DNA from: Methanosuratincola petrocarbonis
Lineage (GTDB): Archaea; Thermoproteota; Methanomethylicia; Methanomethylicales; Methanomethylicaceae
NCBI GenBank assembly: GCA_030522375.1
Contig: CP130488.1
Location: forward strand, 1,335,929 to 1,399,928
Reading direction: 5' to 3'
DNA: 64,000 nucleotides
Positions 50,049 to 59,654 of the stretch are shown here, piece by piece; positions within the stretch are counted from its first letter, which is position 1; the number at the start of each line of letters is the position of its first letter. A program made the translations under genes and the position numbers. Below the pieces are notes generated by a model. It was not told the origin of the DNA, did not search any database, and saw only the letters and a program-made list of their open reading frames with translations.

Positions 50049-50201
50049 ATGCCATGCCTCCCAAAAAATCAGGCCGTATCCTGGCCAAAGGCGGCGGAAT
50101 TATTGTTTTGTAAATAAGTGAACTTCATGTGAAACAAGACTCCTTATCCACTCTATAACATTGTTCAAGTTCATAAAAAAACAATTCACTTAAAAAGCTT
50201 G

Positions 50202-51266
50202 CTATGACGGGCAGATGAGGCGCAACAGGTCGGATGCTTCAGAATTGGAGCTGAAGTAACGTCTAACGGGATCCAAGAGAGTTATCAGTCCCTCGGAGAC
50301 GCCATTTTTCAAATCAAGAGGATGAACTTGACCTGCCTTGTAGGCTTCAATAAGCTCATTCGGTCTTTCAAACGAGATGTTACCCCCGTATTTGGCTGGG
50401 CGTACTAATTCGAGGGGTTTGTCCCACATGAGTATGTATTTGGCGATGTCCAAGACAGGGTTCATGTCAATGGTCTTTGGCGGGCAGTAGGCGGATGCTA
50501 TCTTGGAACGTATCTGATCTGGCGAGTCGTGAATGAAAATGCATGTGTCAGGCTTTGATTTGCTCATCTTCATATCAATCATGTCCTCTTCGTTCCCAAT
50601 AACATCCATCCTGCCTCCGCCTTGAAGAGCTGAAAGGAGCGGAGTATGCACGGCGACCGGCTTTTTTAATGAATAAGCCTCAGCGACTTCTCTTGCAAGG
50701 ACATGCGCACGCCGCTGGTCCATTCCGCCTAAGCAGAACTCCAGATCTAAGTAAAAGATGTCCTCTACCTGCATACAAGGATATATTAGCTTGGAGAAGT
50801 CGATTGAGGCTTCATCCTCCTTTCTCCCCATAATCGTCACGGCCCTTTTAATTCTGGATAGGGAAAGCTGCTTTGCGGTTCTCAAGATGCCCTCCCAGTA
50901 CTCCTTGTCCTCAACAAGCTCATCTGCTTTGACAACATTTACCTTGGAGAGGTCTATCCCGAGGGCCGCAAGGGAATGCTCGATATATTTTGCGCAAGCA
51001 TGGATTTTTCTGAGATCCCCACCGAATTTGTCGTTGATCCAGGCGTGCCAAGTCGCCTCCAAGAGCGTCATATTAATTCCGGCTTCCATCATGTCCTTGA
51101 ACTTGTTGACCCAGATGAGCCACCCTAAATGGAAAAGGCCCGATGGTTCAACCCCAATGTATCCCTTTGGAGACGAGGACGTTTGTAATGCTGCTAACGC
51201 ATCCTCCCTTGTGATTATTTCAAGGGAGTTCCTTGCTATCAAATCAACCCTTGATTCCACATCCAT
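50202..51266 (-). CDS. tyrS: Tyrosyl-tRNA synthetase
   Basis: YIGVEPSG.FHLG, YPCMQ, GGMDQRRAH, KMSKS, HPLDLK. Confidence 0.95.
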   Translation of the reverse strand: MDVESRVDLIARNSLEIITREDALAALQTSSSPKGYIGVEPSGLFHLGWLIWVNKFKDMMEAGINMTLLEATWHAWINDKFGGDLRKIHACAKYIEHSLAALGIDLSKVNVVKADELVEDKEYWEGILRTAKQLSLSRIKRAVTIMGRKEDEASIDFSKLIYPCMQVEDIFYLDLEFCLGGMDQRRAHVLAREVAEAYSLKKPVAVHTPLLSALQGGGRMDVIGNEEDMIDMKMSKSKPDTCIFIHDSPDQIRSKIASAYCPPKTIDMNPVLDIAKYILMWDKPLELVRPAKYGGNISFERPNELIEAYKAGQVHPLDLKNGVSEGLITLLDPVRRYFSSNSEASDLLRLICPS

Positions 51267-51285
51267 ATCATTTACCCGCCTAGAG

Positions 51286-51386
51286 GGCAGCCACCGTGTA
51301 GCCCGATGCTAACACCCAACCCCATTGAGGGAATTTCCTTCCCACTCGGATGGGCTCTCTACACCGGGCAATGTCCGGCGGCTGCC
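51286..51386 (-). ncRNA. Candidate structured RNA A (tyrS leader or H/ACA-like sRNA)
   Basis: GGCAGCCGCCG/CGGTGGCTGCC 11-bp stem, GCCCGGTG/CATCGGGC stem, apical CCCAT..GGGAA/TTCCC..ATGGG; G-U pairs favour the minus strand. Confidence 0.55.
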
Positions 51387-51411
51387 AATGACCATTAATT
51401 TCTGGTTTACC

Positions 51412-51428
51412 TATTTAAGTTGATTCTT
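51412..51428 (-). promoter_or_regulatory. BRE-TATA promoter for RNA A/tyrS
   Basis: Minus strand AAGAATCAACTTAAATA about 25 nt upstream of the RNA A 5' end. Confidence 0.5.
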
Positions 51429-51434
51429 GAAAAC

Positions 51435-51533
51435 CACAGCAGGACTGTTGCGGGTGTGGGTTAGGTCGCACTCATCGCTGAGCTTACGCTCTTCTCGATT
51501 GACTCCTTGAACCCGCGTTGGCGTCCTGCTGCG
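51435..51533 (-). ncRNA. Candidate structured RNA B (pheT 3' region)
   Basis: CGCAGCAGGAC/GTCCTGCTGTG 11-bp stem, GCGGGT/ACCCGC stem, GAGC-GTAA-GCTC GNRA apex; strand less certain. Confidence 0.5.
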
Positions 51534-51567
51534 CTCAGCTCCCACTTCATCGCACTTTACTATCTGC

Positions 51568-53235
51568 TCAGCCCAGAAATAAACTTTCCAAATACATTAA
51601 TTTGGTCACGTCTAACTCCATCGCTACGGCGGGGTTATGCAGACCAAAATTAACTAAAATTTGCGGGTGAATTTCCCCAAGAATGCCTATTTCCCTGCCA
51701 TCAACGTTAATGCTTGCAACTCTGCCGTCTATGAATAGACTGGACGATTTCCTCTCGAGTTCGACATCCTTGGATAGATTCTTAAAGAGCGAGAAAGCAA
51801 CTGCCTGGATCTCCTCAAAGCTCACACGGGCGTCGCTTGCAATTGCGCCAAGGTGATTCGCCATTTTTGGGGATCCATTCTCAACATTCACGACTGGCCC
51901 GTATTCAAAGATTTTTTGCGGATACTCAATATGGGCATTTGCCGACATAAAGCCCAGTAGTTTTGGCAGCAACATATCACGGAGTACCGCATATTCCGAC
52001 GACACGGGTTTCGCTACTTCAACCAAGGGGCGTTCTTGGATCATTGGCCTATTTACCATCAAATCGTGGCTGCTAAGGACGTATGTTGCTACTTCTATGA
52101 AGCCCATGCCGATCATGAGATCCCTGATTCTCGCCCTTAATCGGCTGCCCTCTAATCGCTTCCCAATCGTATAAACCCGAGGAAACATGGGCGGGACACG
52201 ATTAAGACCATAAGCCATCATAACGTCCTCTATTAAATCAACCTCATGGAGTATATCCACCCTGTAGGGCGGTATTTTCGCACGGACTGCTCCATTTGGA
52301 AGTGCTTCAGTCTCGTAGCCCATCCGCTTAAGTAGAGAATCGATCTCTGAAACCGTAATATCTAAGCCTGAAATCTCCCTAGCCCTTTTAACATCAAGAT
52401 CTTGGAAAGACTCGGCAAAAATTGGCGTTACCAGTGTCTTGTCTTTGTATTTTACCTCGACGTACTGTAATGAGCCGCCCCTCTCAAGAGCTGATGTTGT
52501 CATTATGTTAAGGCAGATGTTAATAGACCTCATGTCAAGACCGGTTACATCAATTAAAAGGTTAGCAGTTGATTCGGATACCCGGGTATCCTCGCTGTTT
52601 ATGATTGGTGGCATTGACAGGATTTTCCCATTCGAATCGACTAAAAGCGGGTAGAGCTTGCTTTTCGAGATTATATCCCCGTACTCTTTGCCCTTTGGCG
52701 TGAGCTCAACTATTTCTCTTCCATTTAATTCCGAGGAATGTTCCAAAGGCATGAAACGTATTGTTTCGGGCAATCTCGCTTCGTAAACCAAAGGGGCGGA
52801 GATCTTGTCGAAGTCATAAACGCCTATCGAAGCCTTCCTTCGGTTTGATCCGTAGGTGTTATGAAGCTTCTCTTGCAGCTGCATCAGCTGCCGCAACGCC
52901 TCCTCAGTCAGCGACACCCCTTTTACCACCGCCGCTACAATAAGGGGGCGCACAGCATTCACAGATTCTGAGACATTTAGCTCGATTGGGGAGCCAGGAT
53001 GTTTTTTGAAACTATAAAATGAGCCGATTCCAAGGTAATTCCTGATAGCTCTTGACAAGCCCTCTGCACTGAAAAGGTCAGGCCGATCTGATGTGACCTC
53101 TACAATTATTTCTTCATTTTTGAAGGACTCCAACTCGCATTTCATTGACGTCAGAAGATCTTCTAGCTCTGAAGATGTGAGGTCTTTGCCGACAAGAGAC
53201 AAGAGATCTGCCCTATTCAAGGATATTACTGGCAA
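51568..53235 (-). CDS. pheT: Phenylalanyl-tRNA synthetase beta subunit
   Basis: DRPDLFSAEG, QEKLH, SMPPIINS, R.DILHEVDLIED. Confidence 0.95.
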   Translation of the reverse strand: MPVISLNRADLLSLVGKDLTSSELEDLLTSMKCELESFKNEEIIVEVTSDRPDLFSAEGLSRAIRNYLGIGSFYSFKKHPGSPIELNVSESVNAVRPLIVAAVVKGVSLTEEALRQLMQLQEKLHNTYGSNRRKASIGVYDFDKISAPLVYEARLPETIRFMPLEHSSELNGREIVELTPKGKEYGDIISKSKLYPLLVDSNGKILSMPPIINSEDTRVSESTANLLIDVTGLDMRSINICLNIMTTSALERGGSLQYVEVKYKDKTLVTPIFAESFQDLDVKRAREISGLDITVSEIDSLLKRMGYETEALPNGAVRAKIPPYRVDILHEVDLIEDVMMAYGLNRVPPMFPRVYTIGKRLEGSRLRARIRDLMIGMGFIEVATYVLSSHDLMVNRPMIQERPLVEVAKPVSSEYAVLRDMLLPKLLGFMSANAHIEYPQKIFEYGPVVNVENGSPKMANHLGAIASDARVSFEEIQAVAFSLFKNLSKDVELERKSSSLFIDGRVASINVDGREIGILGEIHPQILVNFGLHNPAVAMELDVTKLMYLESLFLG

Positions 53236-53238
53236 CCC

Positions 53239-54705
53239 CTACCACCATCCCCAACTCCTGAGCTTACCTAAATCGTCATTATGGAGCTCTCGGATATCAT
53301 TGACGCCTAACCGGATCATGGCTAACCGATCTATGCCAATTCCCCAAGCTATCACTGGAAAGGTTATCCCAAGCGGACCCAAGACTTCTGGCCGGAACAT
53401 CCCGGCTCCAAGACACTCTATCCAACCTAGCTTGGGATGCTCGACATAAGCATCGATGCTTGGCTCCGTAAACGGATAATAACTCGGTCTGAACTTTATA
53501 CGTTTGAATCCTAGCTGCCTTGAAAATTCCTGCAAAATCCCAAGCAGATGTCTTACATTTATCCCATGATCTCCGACTATACCGTCTAGCTGGCAAAATT
53601 CGACCATATGGCGCGAGTCGATTACATCCGGTCTGAAGACCTTTGAGAGGCTGAATGCCTTGACTGGGGGGCGGTTATGAGAGTGCAAGTAACGGACAGA
53701 ATTGACGGTCATCTGAGTCCTTAGAAGAGGGCGCGCTGCCGTCGCTATATCCCATCTATAGTTCCATCCCTTCGAACCAGTATTCCCCCCTGACTCATGT
53801 GCGGCTCTAACGGATTCAATGAGCTCAGCTGGGGCATCAATATCTAGGGAGATGTTCTTAACCTGGAAGCTGTCGTGCACTGCCCGAGCCGGATGGTCTT
53901 GAGCCTGAAAGAGAACGTCGAAATTCCAAAATTCCGTTTCAACAAATTGCCCCTCAGTCTCTTCGAAGCCCATGTTGAAAAGGATCTCCTTTACTTCCTC
54001 CAGGAATTCAAGATAGGGGTGTTTTTTGCCAATCTTTAGCGCCGGAGGCGCGGCGGATATATCATATGGGCGCAAGCTGATTTCGCGCCATTTGCCGCTT
54101 TTTATGTCTTCAGAGGTCAGAACGCTCACAGTTGCCTTGCGCTCGCGTTGAACGCCTGGGATCAATTCGACAACGATCTCTTTTTGGTCTTTCTTTGCGA
54201 CAAGCCCTCTAGAGATAAGGTCGCGCAAAAAAGGGTATTCTTTCTCATCAAAAGACTGTAAACCGTTTTTGATTTTGGTAAGTATGGAATCATAATATTG
54301 AGGCACATCTTTTTTCAGAATAACGTATGGACCGTCTGGTTTCTTTTCAATTGAGAATGCTTCAGTTTTTTTCCCCCAACCAAGGACAGGCGATATTTCA
54401 TTTGGCTTTAAGACGGCAGACAGCTCCTTTAGGGGGACCTTGCCTCCCTTTTGCTTCAGGAACATCACAAGTCTTGTTTCAGGCATCCCTTTCGATGCGC
54501 AGAACTCCCCCTCATCGGTAAGAAAGAATTTTTCCTTTATTAATTCAGTGATCTTGACGTATCCTTTTTGCGCTAAAAGGCTTGAAAGCGGAAAAATGGA
54601 AGTTTCAGGTATACCCATCCTGCTAGCGATGGTCGAGGAATCTGCCTTCCCCCCGAGCAGGTCAAGGGCATCGAGGAATTCGACTTCTGATTGACTGAGA
54701 AACAT
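53239..54705 (-). CDS. pheS: Phenylalanyl-tRNA synthetase alpha subunit
   Basis: WNFD.LFQAQDHPAR, YYPFTEPS, GAGMFRPE, AWGIGIDRL. Confidence 0.95.
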   Translation of the reverse strand: MFLSQSEVEFLDALDLLGGKADSSTIASRMGIPETSIFPLSSLLAQKGYVKITELIKEKFFLTDEGEFCASKGMPETRLVMFLKQKGGKVPLKELSAVLKPNEISPVLGWGKKTEAFSIEKKPDGPYVILKKDVPQYYDSILTKIKNGLQSFDEKEYPFLRDLISRGLVAKKDQKEIVVELIPGVQRERKATVSVLTSEDIKSGKWREISLRPYDISAAPPALKIGKKHPYLEFLEEVKEILFNMGFEETEGQFVETEFWNFDVLFQAQDHPARAVHDSFQVKNISLDIDAPAELIESVRAAHESGGNTGSKGWNYRWDIATAARPLLRTQMTVNSVRYLHSHNRPPVKAFSLSKVFRPDVIDSRHMVEFCQLDGIVGDHGINVRHLLGILQEFSRQLGFKRIKFRPSYYPFTEPSIDAYVEHPKLGWIECLGAGMFRPEVLGPLGITFPVIAWGIGIDRLAMIRLGVNDIRELHNDDLGKLRSWGWW

Positions 54706-54725
54706 CCCAATAACCCCTTCACGGC

Positions 54726-55196
54726 TCAATTCTTTCTTAGCATATAACCTCTTTCATCTATCTCTTTATTCCTTATCCTAGAAGAGGAGATCGGTTTGCC
54801 GTCTTCAGCAAGTAAGAATTCTTGAACAAATATCTTCAAGGGTCGCATGTTCCTCTCGACCCTCATTCGATTCGCCATTTTAGCATTCCCGAGTGTTTCC
54901 TGCGTTACAATTACTCCGCATATTTCAGGATCTTCCAAGAGGGGACCAAAGGCGTCATTTAGTTCAATGAGTCGTGCTCTTTCGAACAGGTTCTGTACAA
55001 TAAGAAAAGCTTTCACTTGCCCCATCCTTTGGTTGAAGTCCTGTATTTCCTCTTTACCCATTTTCCTTGCAAATGCATCAGAAGTCACGCCAACGATGAC
55101 AACTTCACCTAAATCAAATGCCTTCAACAATAGAGACTCGTGCCCTTTGTGAAAGTGGTCGAATGTGCCTCCGACAGCCACAAGGGGGAGCCTCAA
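54726..55196 (-). CDS. coaD: Phosphopantetheine adenylyltransferase (archaeal)
   Basis: GGTFDHFHKGH, ISSSRIR. Confidence 0.9.
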   Translation of the reverse strand: MRLPLVAVGGTFDHFHKGHESLLLKAFDLGEVVIVGVTSDAFARKMGKEEIQDFNQRMGQVKAFLIVQNLFERARLIELNDAFGPLLEDPEICGVIVTQETLGNAKMANRMRVERNMRPLKIFVQEFLLAEDGKPISSSRIRNKEIDERGYMLRKN

Positions 55197-55199
55197 GCC

Positions 55200-55559
55200 T
55201 TATTCCTTCTTAGGGGAAACCGAATAGATCGATTTTATGAATGAAGGTCCTGAGCACTTTTTGCATTGGCCCATATCCTTAAAGATGTAATCGCCCTGGG
55301 AAAAACTCCTTTCCTCGACCTGCCCGCAGCCCCTACATGCGATGACCGTGATTACGTTCTCTGTCTCTTCTTTCGGGGCAGATTTGCCGGACAGGAAGTA
55401 TACGGCCCAGGATGCGGCGAGCAGTGCAAGGCCCACAATCATAATTATCATGCTCAGATCAGCAAGCTCTTCAAATATTGAAATCGAAACGAATAGCGCA
55501 AATGCGATCAGTGTGAGGATTATCGAGATTATCGTGTTTCTTTTTTGAGATTTTGGCAC
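55200..55559 (-). CDS. Membrane protein with C-terminal zinc ribbon
   Basis: GTG start after GAGGGTGA; 2 TMs; CRGC...GDYIFK...CKKC. Confidence 0.75.
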   Translation of the reverse strand: MPKSQKRNTIISIILTLIAFALFVSISIFEELADLSMIIMIVGLALLAASWAVYFLSGKSAPKEETENVITVIACRGCGQVEERSFSQGDYIFKDMGQCKKCSGPSFIKSIYSVSPKKE

Positions 55560-55570
55560 AATGATCACCC

Positions 55571-56704
55571 TCACTGCCCTACTCCCATGGTGTTGCCGAT
55601 CCCCGCGACAATCACTGTATCTCCTTCTTTGGTCCTTTCGGCGATTATCTTCTTTACCCTCTCGACGATTACATCGGAAGCCTCGACGATCTCCTTCTTT
55701 ATGGTTGTCAGCGCCTCTTCGAGGCCCATCTTGCACACGATCGCGTCGATCGGGATCCTATATTTCACTGCCACCTCTTCTATCTTGTACTTCTCAGGCC
55801 CAGGATCGCCTATCGCCGCGCCTACCCCTTCGACTACTTCGCCGGTGTTTTCACCTTCCAATTTTGAGGCGGCATCGATCATTATTATTCGACTGACTTT
55901 CCCTTCTAATCCATCCACTAGTTCCTTGACCGCCTCGCCTGGCTTTCCAACCACGCCCCCGGGGCCTTCTGCCTTAAGAACAATGACTTTTCTCTTTTCT
56001 ATTTCGACTTCAGAGTACACGATGTCTTCCGCAATCCGCTTCTGTGGCAATCCGAAGATCAGCTTTGATGCCACGAGCGGACCGAGCCCGTCGCCTATAG
56101 GCTTCCCAGCCGCGAATGTAGTTTGGGCATTATAGTATGCCTCGGCCTGTTTCATTATCATGGGTAGCTGCATGTCCAGTTGAACAAAAATCATCAAACT
56201 CTTTGTCTTCTTGCCGAGAAGCAAGAAATGCCTTACGACTTTGTATATGTAATTCACAGCAGTCGCTGCTTCCAGTATCACTTCAATGTTCTCCTTTTCG
56301 GTCTTTGTTGCCTTTGGAGCAACCTGGGATACAAATTCCACCGAACGCGAACGCCTGATGTCGAGTAAGTGCTCGAGCCGTTTCAGCACTCCGAAAGGGT
56401 CCAAGCTAACAGGCTCGATTGTGAAGAATTCGAGGAAGCCAGAAACGTTCCCACGCAGGTCTATCCCTTCAGGGGCAAAGGTCTTGATGCTGTTGATGGC
56501 GTCCTCTTTGCTCTTTGATGCAAGTTCTTCTAGGCGGACAACTGCCTTCTCGACATTCCTTTGATAGGAATAGAGCTGCAGCCTCTGATTAAAAGTGATG
56601 ATAACTGCAAAGAACAGCACCATCCATACGATGTTAAGGAGCACGGAGGTCATGTCCCCTCCGCCGAATAGACCTTGAGTTACGGGAAGCACGCTTTCCA
56701 CCAC
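55571..56704 (-). CDS. DUF1512 family protein
   Basis: IEPVSLDP.G, PIGDG.GP, IDAA.KLEGE.TG, GIGNTMG. Confidence 0.8.
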   Translation of the reverse strand: MVESVLPVTQGLFGGGDMTSVLLNIVWMVLFFAVIITFNQRLQLYSYQRNVEKAVVRLEELASKSKEDAINSIKTFAPEGIDLRGNVSGFLEFFTIEPVSLDPFGVLKRLEHLLDIRRSRSVEFVSQVAPKATKTEKENIEVILEAATAVNYIYKVVRHFLLLGKKTKSLMIFVQLDMQLPMIMKQAEAYYNAQTTFAAGKPIGDGLGPLVASKLIFGLPQKRIAEDIVYSEVEIEKRKVIVLKAEGPGGVVGKPGEAVKELVDGLEGKVSRIIMIDAASKLEGENTGEVVEGVGAAIGDPGPEKYKIEEVAVKYRIPIDAIVCKMGLEEALTTIKKEIVEASDVIVERVKKIIAERTKEGDTVIVAGIGNTMGVGQ

Positions 56705-56774
56705 GGGAACGTTATTTTTGATATCATTCTTGGTTATATTTATTTGGTTTATGTCAGGACTTTAAAAGATGAAG

Positions 56775-56900
56775 TGGCCGCCAGCTTCCGCGGGTTCCCG
56801 GACCCTCTCGGCGTCCAGTACAACCGCAGACGTTTGGTGGTTTAACTACCGTGTTCGGGATGGGAACGGGTGGAACCCACCAACTTTGGCCGGCGTACCA
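56775..56900 (-). rRNA. rrf: 5S rRNA (unlinked)
   Basis: Minus strand ACCCGTTCCCATCCCGAACACGGTAGTTAA, GTACTG..GAGA..CGGGAA; paired termini; ends approximate. Confidence 0.93.
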
Positions 56901-56937
56901 AAATATAGAAAAAGCAAGGGGTTTTTAAACCTTACTC

Positions 56938-57177
56938 TTACTGGACCTCTTCCATAACTATCATGGTCATAGTGGATCGTACTTTGTCCAACTGCCGGAT
57001 CTTCTTGGTCACCATCTCTCTCAGCTTTTCAAGGGTATCGGATTCGATCATGACAATGATATCGTAGACGCCATAAACCATGTATGCCGTTTTGACTTCA
57101 GGTATCTTTTTGATGTTCTCCAGAACCTCTCTATCCGTTCCTGCTTCGACATTAACCAATACAAAGGCGAGGGGCAT
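56938..57177 (-). CDS. Stand-alone Lrp/AsnC ligand-binding (RAM) domain
   Basis: AFVLVN, VYGVYDI, IR....V.ST.TMI. Confidence 0.9.
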   Translation of the reverse strand: MPLAFVLVNVEAGTDREVLENIKKIPEVKTAYMVYGVYDIIVMIESDTLEKLREMVTKKIRQLDKVRSTMTMIVMEEVQ

Positions 57178-57310
57178 TAGACCACCATTGATATTTATTG
57201 CAATGACTGCTTATAACTTTTGTTTCATAAATTAACGCAAAAAGAGAGTGATAAAAGTCAGCTTTGGAAAAAGTTTAGCCATAGAAATAGCCAATGCACG
57301 AGGGTAAAAA

Positions 57311-58393
57311 ATGAGGTATGGCGTCGTAGTACACGGACCTGAGGCAATTGACCAAGGTTTAGCAGCCAAAGTAATAGATTTGCTTTCTAATACGGGGGAG
57401 GTAATAGCATGCGTTGGTGGGGCAACTGGCATTGTCGCAGCCATAGATGCAGGGCTCGAAGGGGCAATCGACATTTCGAGAGGGGAGCTGCCCTCGGAAG
57501 CACTTAGACGGCTGGAGACTGAAGTAGACTGTTTGGTTCTTGTAAATCATTGCAAACTGGAAGAAACAGGAATTGCATTTGGAAGAATAGTAGCTCTCAG
57601 AGCCAATATAACGAAACCGTTAGTCCAGGTCGATAATGATTTTGTAATAAGCTGGAATTTTAAAGGGGATGATTTGGCGAGGTGGATCTCGCAGAGGCTG
57701 TCAAAGAGGGTTATAGTCCCAACAAAAAACGAGAAGATGCCCTCGAAAGTGAGGAGAATTTCAGGGGTGATCAAAGGGGAAAATGTGTGGGTAAATGGCG
57801 TGGTAATTGGCAAGGCGGTGAGCGATGTCGTTGAGTTATTAGAGGGCGGCGATGGGAAAATACAATTTACTGGAGTGGAAGTCAAAGAGCGTGCTTTGAG
57901 CAGGCTGAGAATAGAAGACCTCAACAAGGCAATAGTGCGCAGCGGTACAGTCAGAAGGACCCAGAAAACGCCAAGGTTGAAACCCACAAAGAAAAAAGGA
58001 GTCGCCTGTTTGATCGATCATGATGCTGAAAAGTTAGCTCATAAGTTCAAAGAAGCCTCTGCCATTATAACAGTAGGAGACGATACCACAAAAACGGCAG
58101 GGGGCATACTGAGTAGATATGATGTGCCAGTTATCGGTATAACTGATGGGGATGAGGATGGGATCTGCACGGAAAAGAGTTTTGCAGCAGGGTCTGTAAT
58201 CTTTACCCTTGAGAGAGGGACGGACGATTTCGCAGGCAAGTTGATCAGAGAACAGCTATTCAAAGATGCAAATGAGATCCCATTTACAGATTTAACCGAT
58301 CTTGAAGCCAAGATCAAGAAGCTATTGGAATTTGCGCGCATAGAAAAGGTCGAACGATTACCCGTAACTTCTGATAGAAAGCAAAACTGTTAA
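57311..58393 (+). CDS. DUF2117 family protein
   Basis: GVVVHGPE.ID.G, GE.V.VNG.VIG, TVGDDTT, IGITDGD.D. Confidence 0.75.
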   Translation: MRYGVVVHGPEAIDQGLAAKVIDLLSNTGEVIACVGGATGIVAAIDAGLEGAIDISRGELPSEALRRLETEVDCLVLVNHCKLEETGIAFGRIVALRANITKPLVQVDNDFVISWNFKGDDLARWISQRLSKRVIVPTKNEKMPSKVRRISGVIKGENVWVNGVVIGKAVSDVVELLEGGDGKIQFTGVEVKERALSRLRIEDLNKAIVRSGTVRRTQKTPRLKPTKKKGVACLIDHDAEKLAHKFKEASAIITVGDDTTKTAGGILSRYDVPVIGITDGDEDGICTEKSFAAGSVIFTLERGTDDFAGKLIREQLFKDANEIPFTDLTDLEAKIKKLLEFARIEKVERLPVTSDRKQNC

Positions 58394-58509
58394 GAGCTGC
58401 ATATTGAAGACGAGTTTACTGAGAGAACAATCTTTTTTGAATAAGGCGCAACGAGCCGTTAGCGCAGAGGGTTGCAAAAACTTTTAAATAAAGCCGTTAT
58501 AAAAAAAGC

Positions 58510-59634
58510 ATGGAATTTTGCATCAATGGCTACCAACAACTCCAAAAAAAGATCATCGGCAGCGAGATCTGTACCTTGTGTGGAGCATGCGAAGTGGCCT
58601 GCCCAATGAATGCAATCGAAATTACAGAGAAAAACAATTCACAAGTTTATGATTGTAACGAAATAGTCCCCGAGTGCAGGATATGCTATGATATCTGCCC
58701 TCACACCGGGCCCAATATTCAGAAGGTTTTTGATGATTTCTCCACAGGACCAAACTTCCTTCCAGGAATAGGAAGGTTTTATTCGATAAAAGTTGCGCGC
58801 AGCACTTTTGGCGACATAAGGGAACTCACGGAAAGCGGAGGCGTTGCAACATCGCTGGCCCTTTGTGCGCTCGAAGAGGGCCTTGTTGACGCAGTAGTTG
58901 CATCTGAAACAAAGGAGCTGGAGAATATGACGATCCAGCTCAAGCAAAAGGTTCCACCTATAAGCGATTTTCTACCCTCAATGTTAAGTGTGCATTTTCA
59001 TCCAGCAGCCGTCGCTAAAGCATTTGACTCTTTGATTAAAGGCTATTCAGGTTCAAGAGTTGCATTCCTGGGAGTTCCCTGTCACATGATTGCCATGAGA
59101 AAACTGCAGATATTTGGCCACAAATCGAGCGATGAGCTTGGCCTTCTGATCGGCCTTTTCTGCCTATGGAGCTTCTCTTCATTGAAAGATCTTGTTGAAA
59201 GCCTTAAGGAGAGGGGAATAGATAGAACCAAAATCAGAAGCATTGAGCTAGATTCGAAGTTCAATGTAAACTTGACTTCTGGTAAGATCAAGATACCCAT
59301 AGAAGAAATCTGGGAGCGCGTGAGGGAGGGGTGTAAAACTTGCCAAGATCTCACAGGCTTACTCTCGGATGTTTCGATAGGTAGGGTTGAAGGCCTCGCC
59401 CCAGATTGGTCTGTGTTGATCATTCGATCAAGGCTTGGAGAGGACCTAGTGAACCGGGCCGTGGGAGGCAAATATATCGATTGTACCGACGCAGATCCTT
59501 CCGTTAAGGAGAATCTGATTTCGCTCTGCATGAAAAAGAAGAATTTTGCAGAAGAGGAGTACAAAGAGGACGTAAAGAGAGGCTTGTTAACACCAGAGGC
59601 TTTCGAAGTGCTGAAAGACAACATTGAAGGCTAA
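58510..59634 (+). CDS. F420-binding FrhB/FpoF-like protein with N-terminal 2x[4Fe-4S]
   Basis: CTLCGACEVACP, CRICYDICP, SGGVAT, GVPCH, IGLFC, GCKTC.D, DVSIG. Confidence 0.85.
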   Translation: MEFCINGYQQLQKKIIGSEICTLCGACEVACPMNAIEITEKNNSQVYDCNEIVPECRICYDICPHTGPNIQKVFDDFSTGPNFLPGIGRFYSIKVARSTFGDIRELTESGGVATSLALCALEEGLVDAVVASETKELENMTIQLKQKVPPISDFLPSMLSVHFHPAAVAKAFDSLIKGYSGSRVAFLGVPCHMIAMRKLQIFGHKSSDELGLLIGLFCLWSFSSLKDLVESLKERGIDRTKIRSIELDSKFNVNLTSGKIKIPIEEIWERVREGCKTCQDLTGLLSDVSIGRVEGLAPDWSVLIIRSRLGEDLVNRAVGGKYIDCTDADPSVKENLISLCMKKKNFAEEEYKEDVKRGLLTPEAFEVLKDNIEG

Positions 59635-59654
59635 AACTTTTTATCAATAATTAG

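Noticed and set aside
51435-51540. TPP riboswitch or RNase P RNA identity for the pheT-tyrS structures
   Set aside because: GCTGAG and TTGAACC occur but the UGAU/P4-P5 core is missing; RNase P GAGGAAAGUCC and ACAGAA..CGGCUUA motifs are absent
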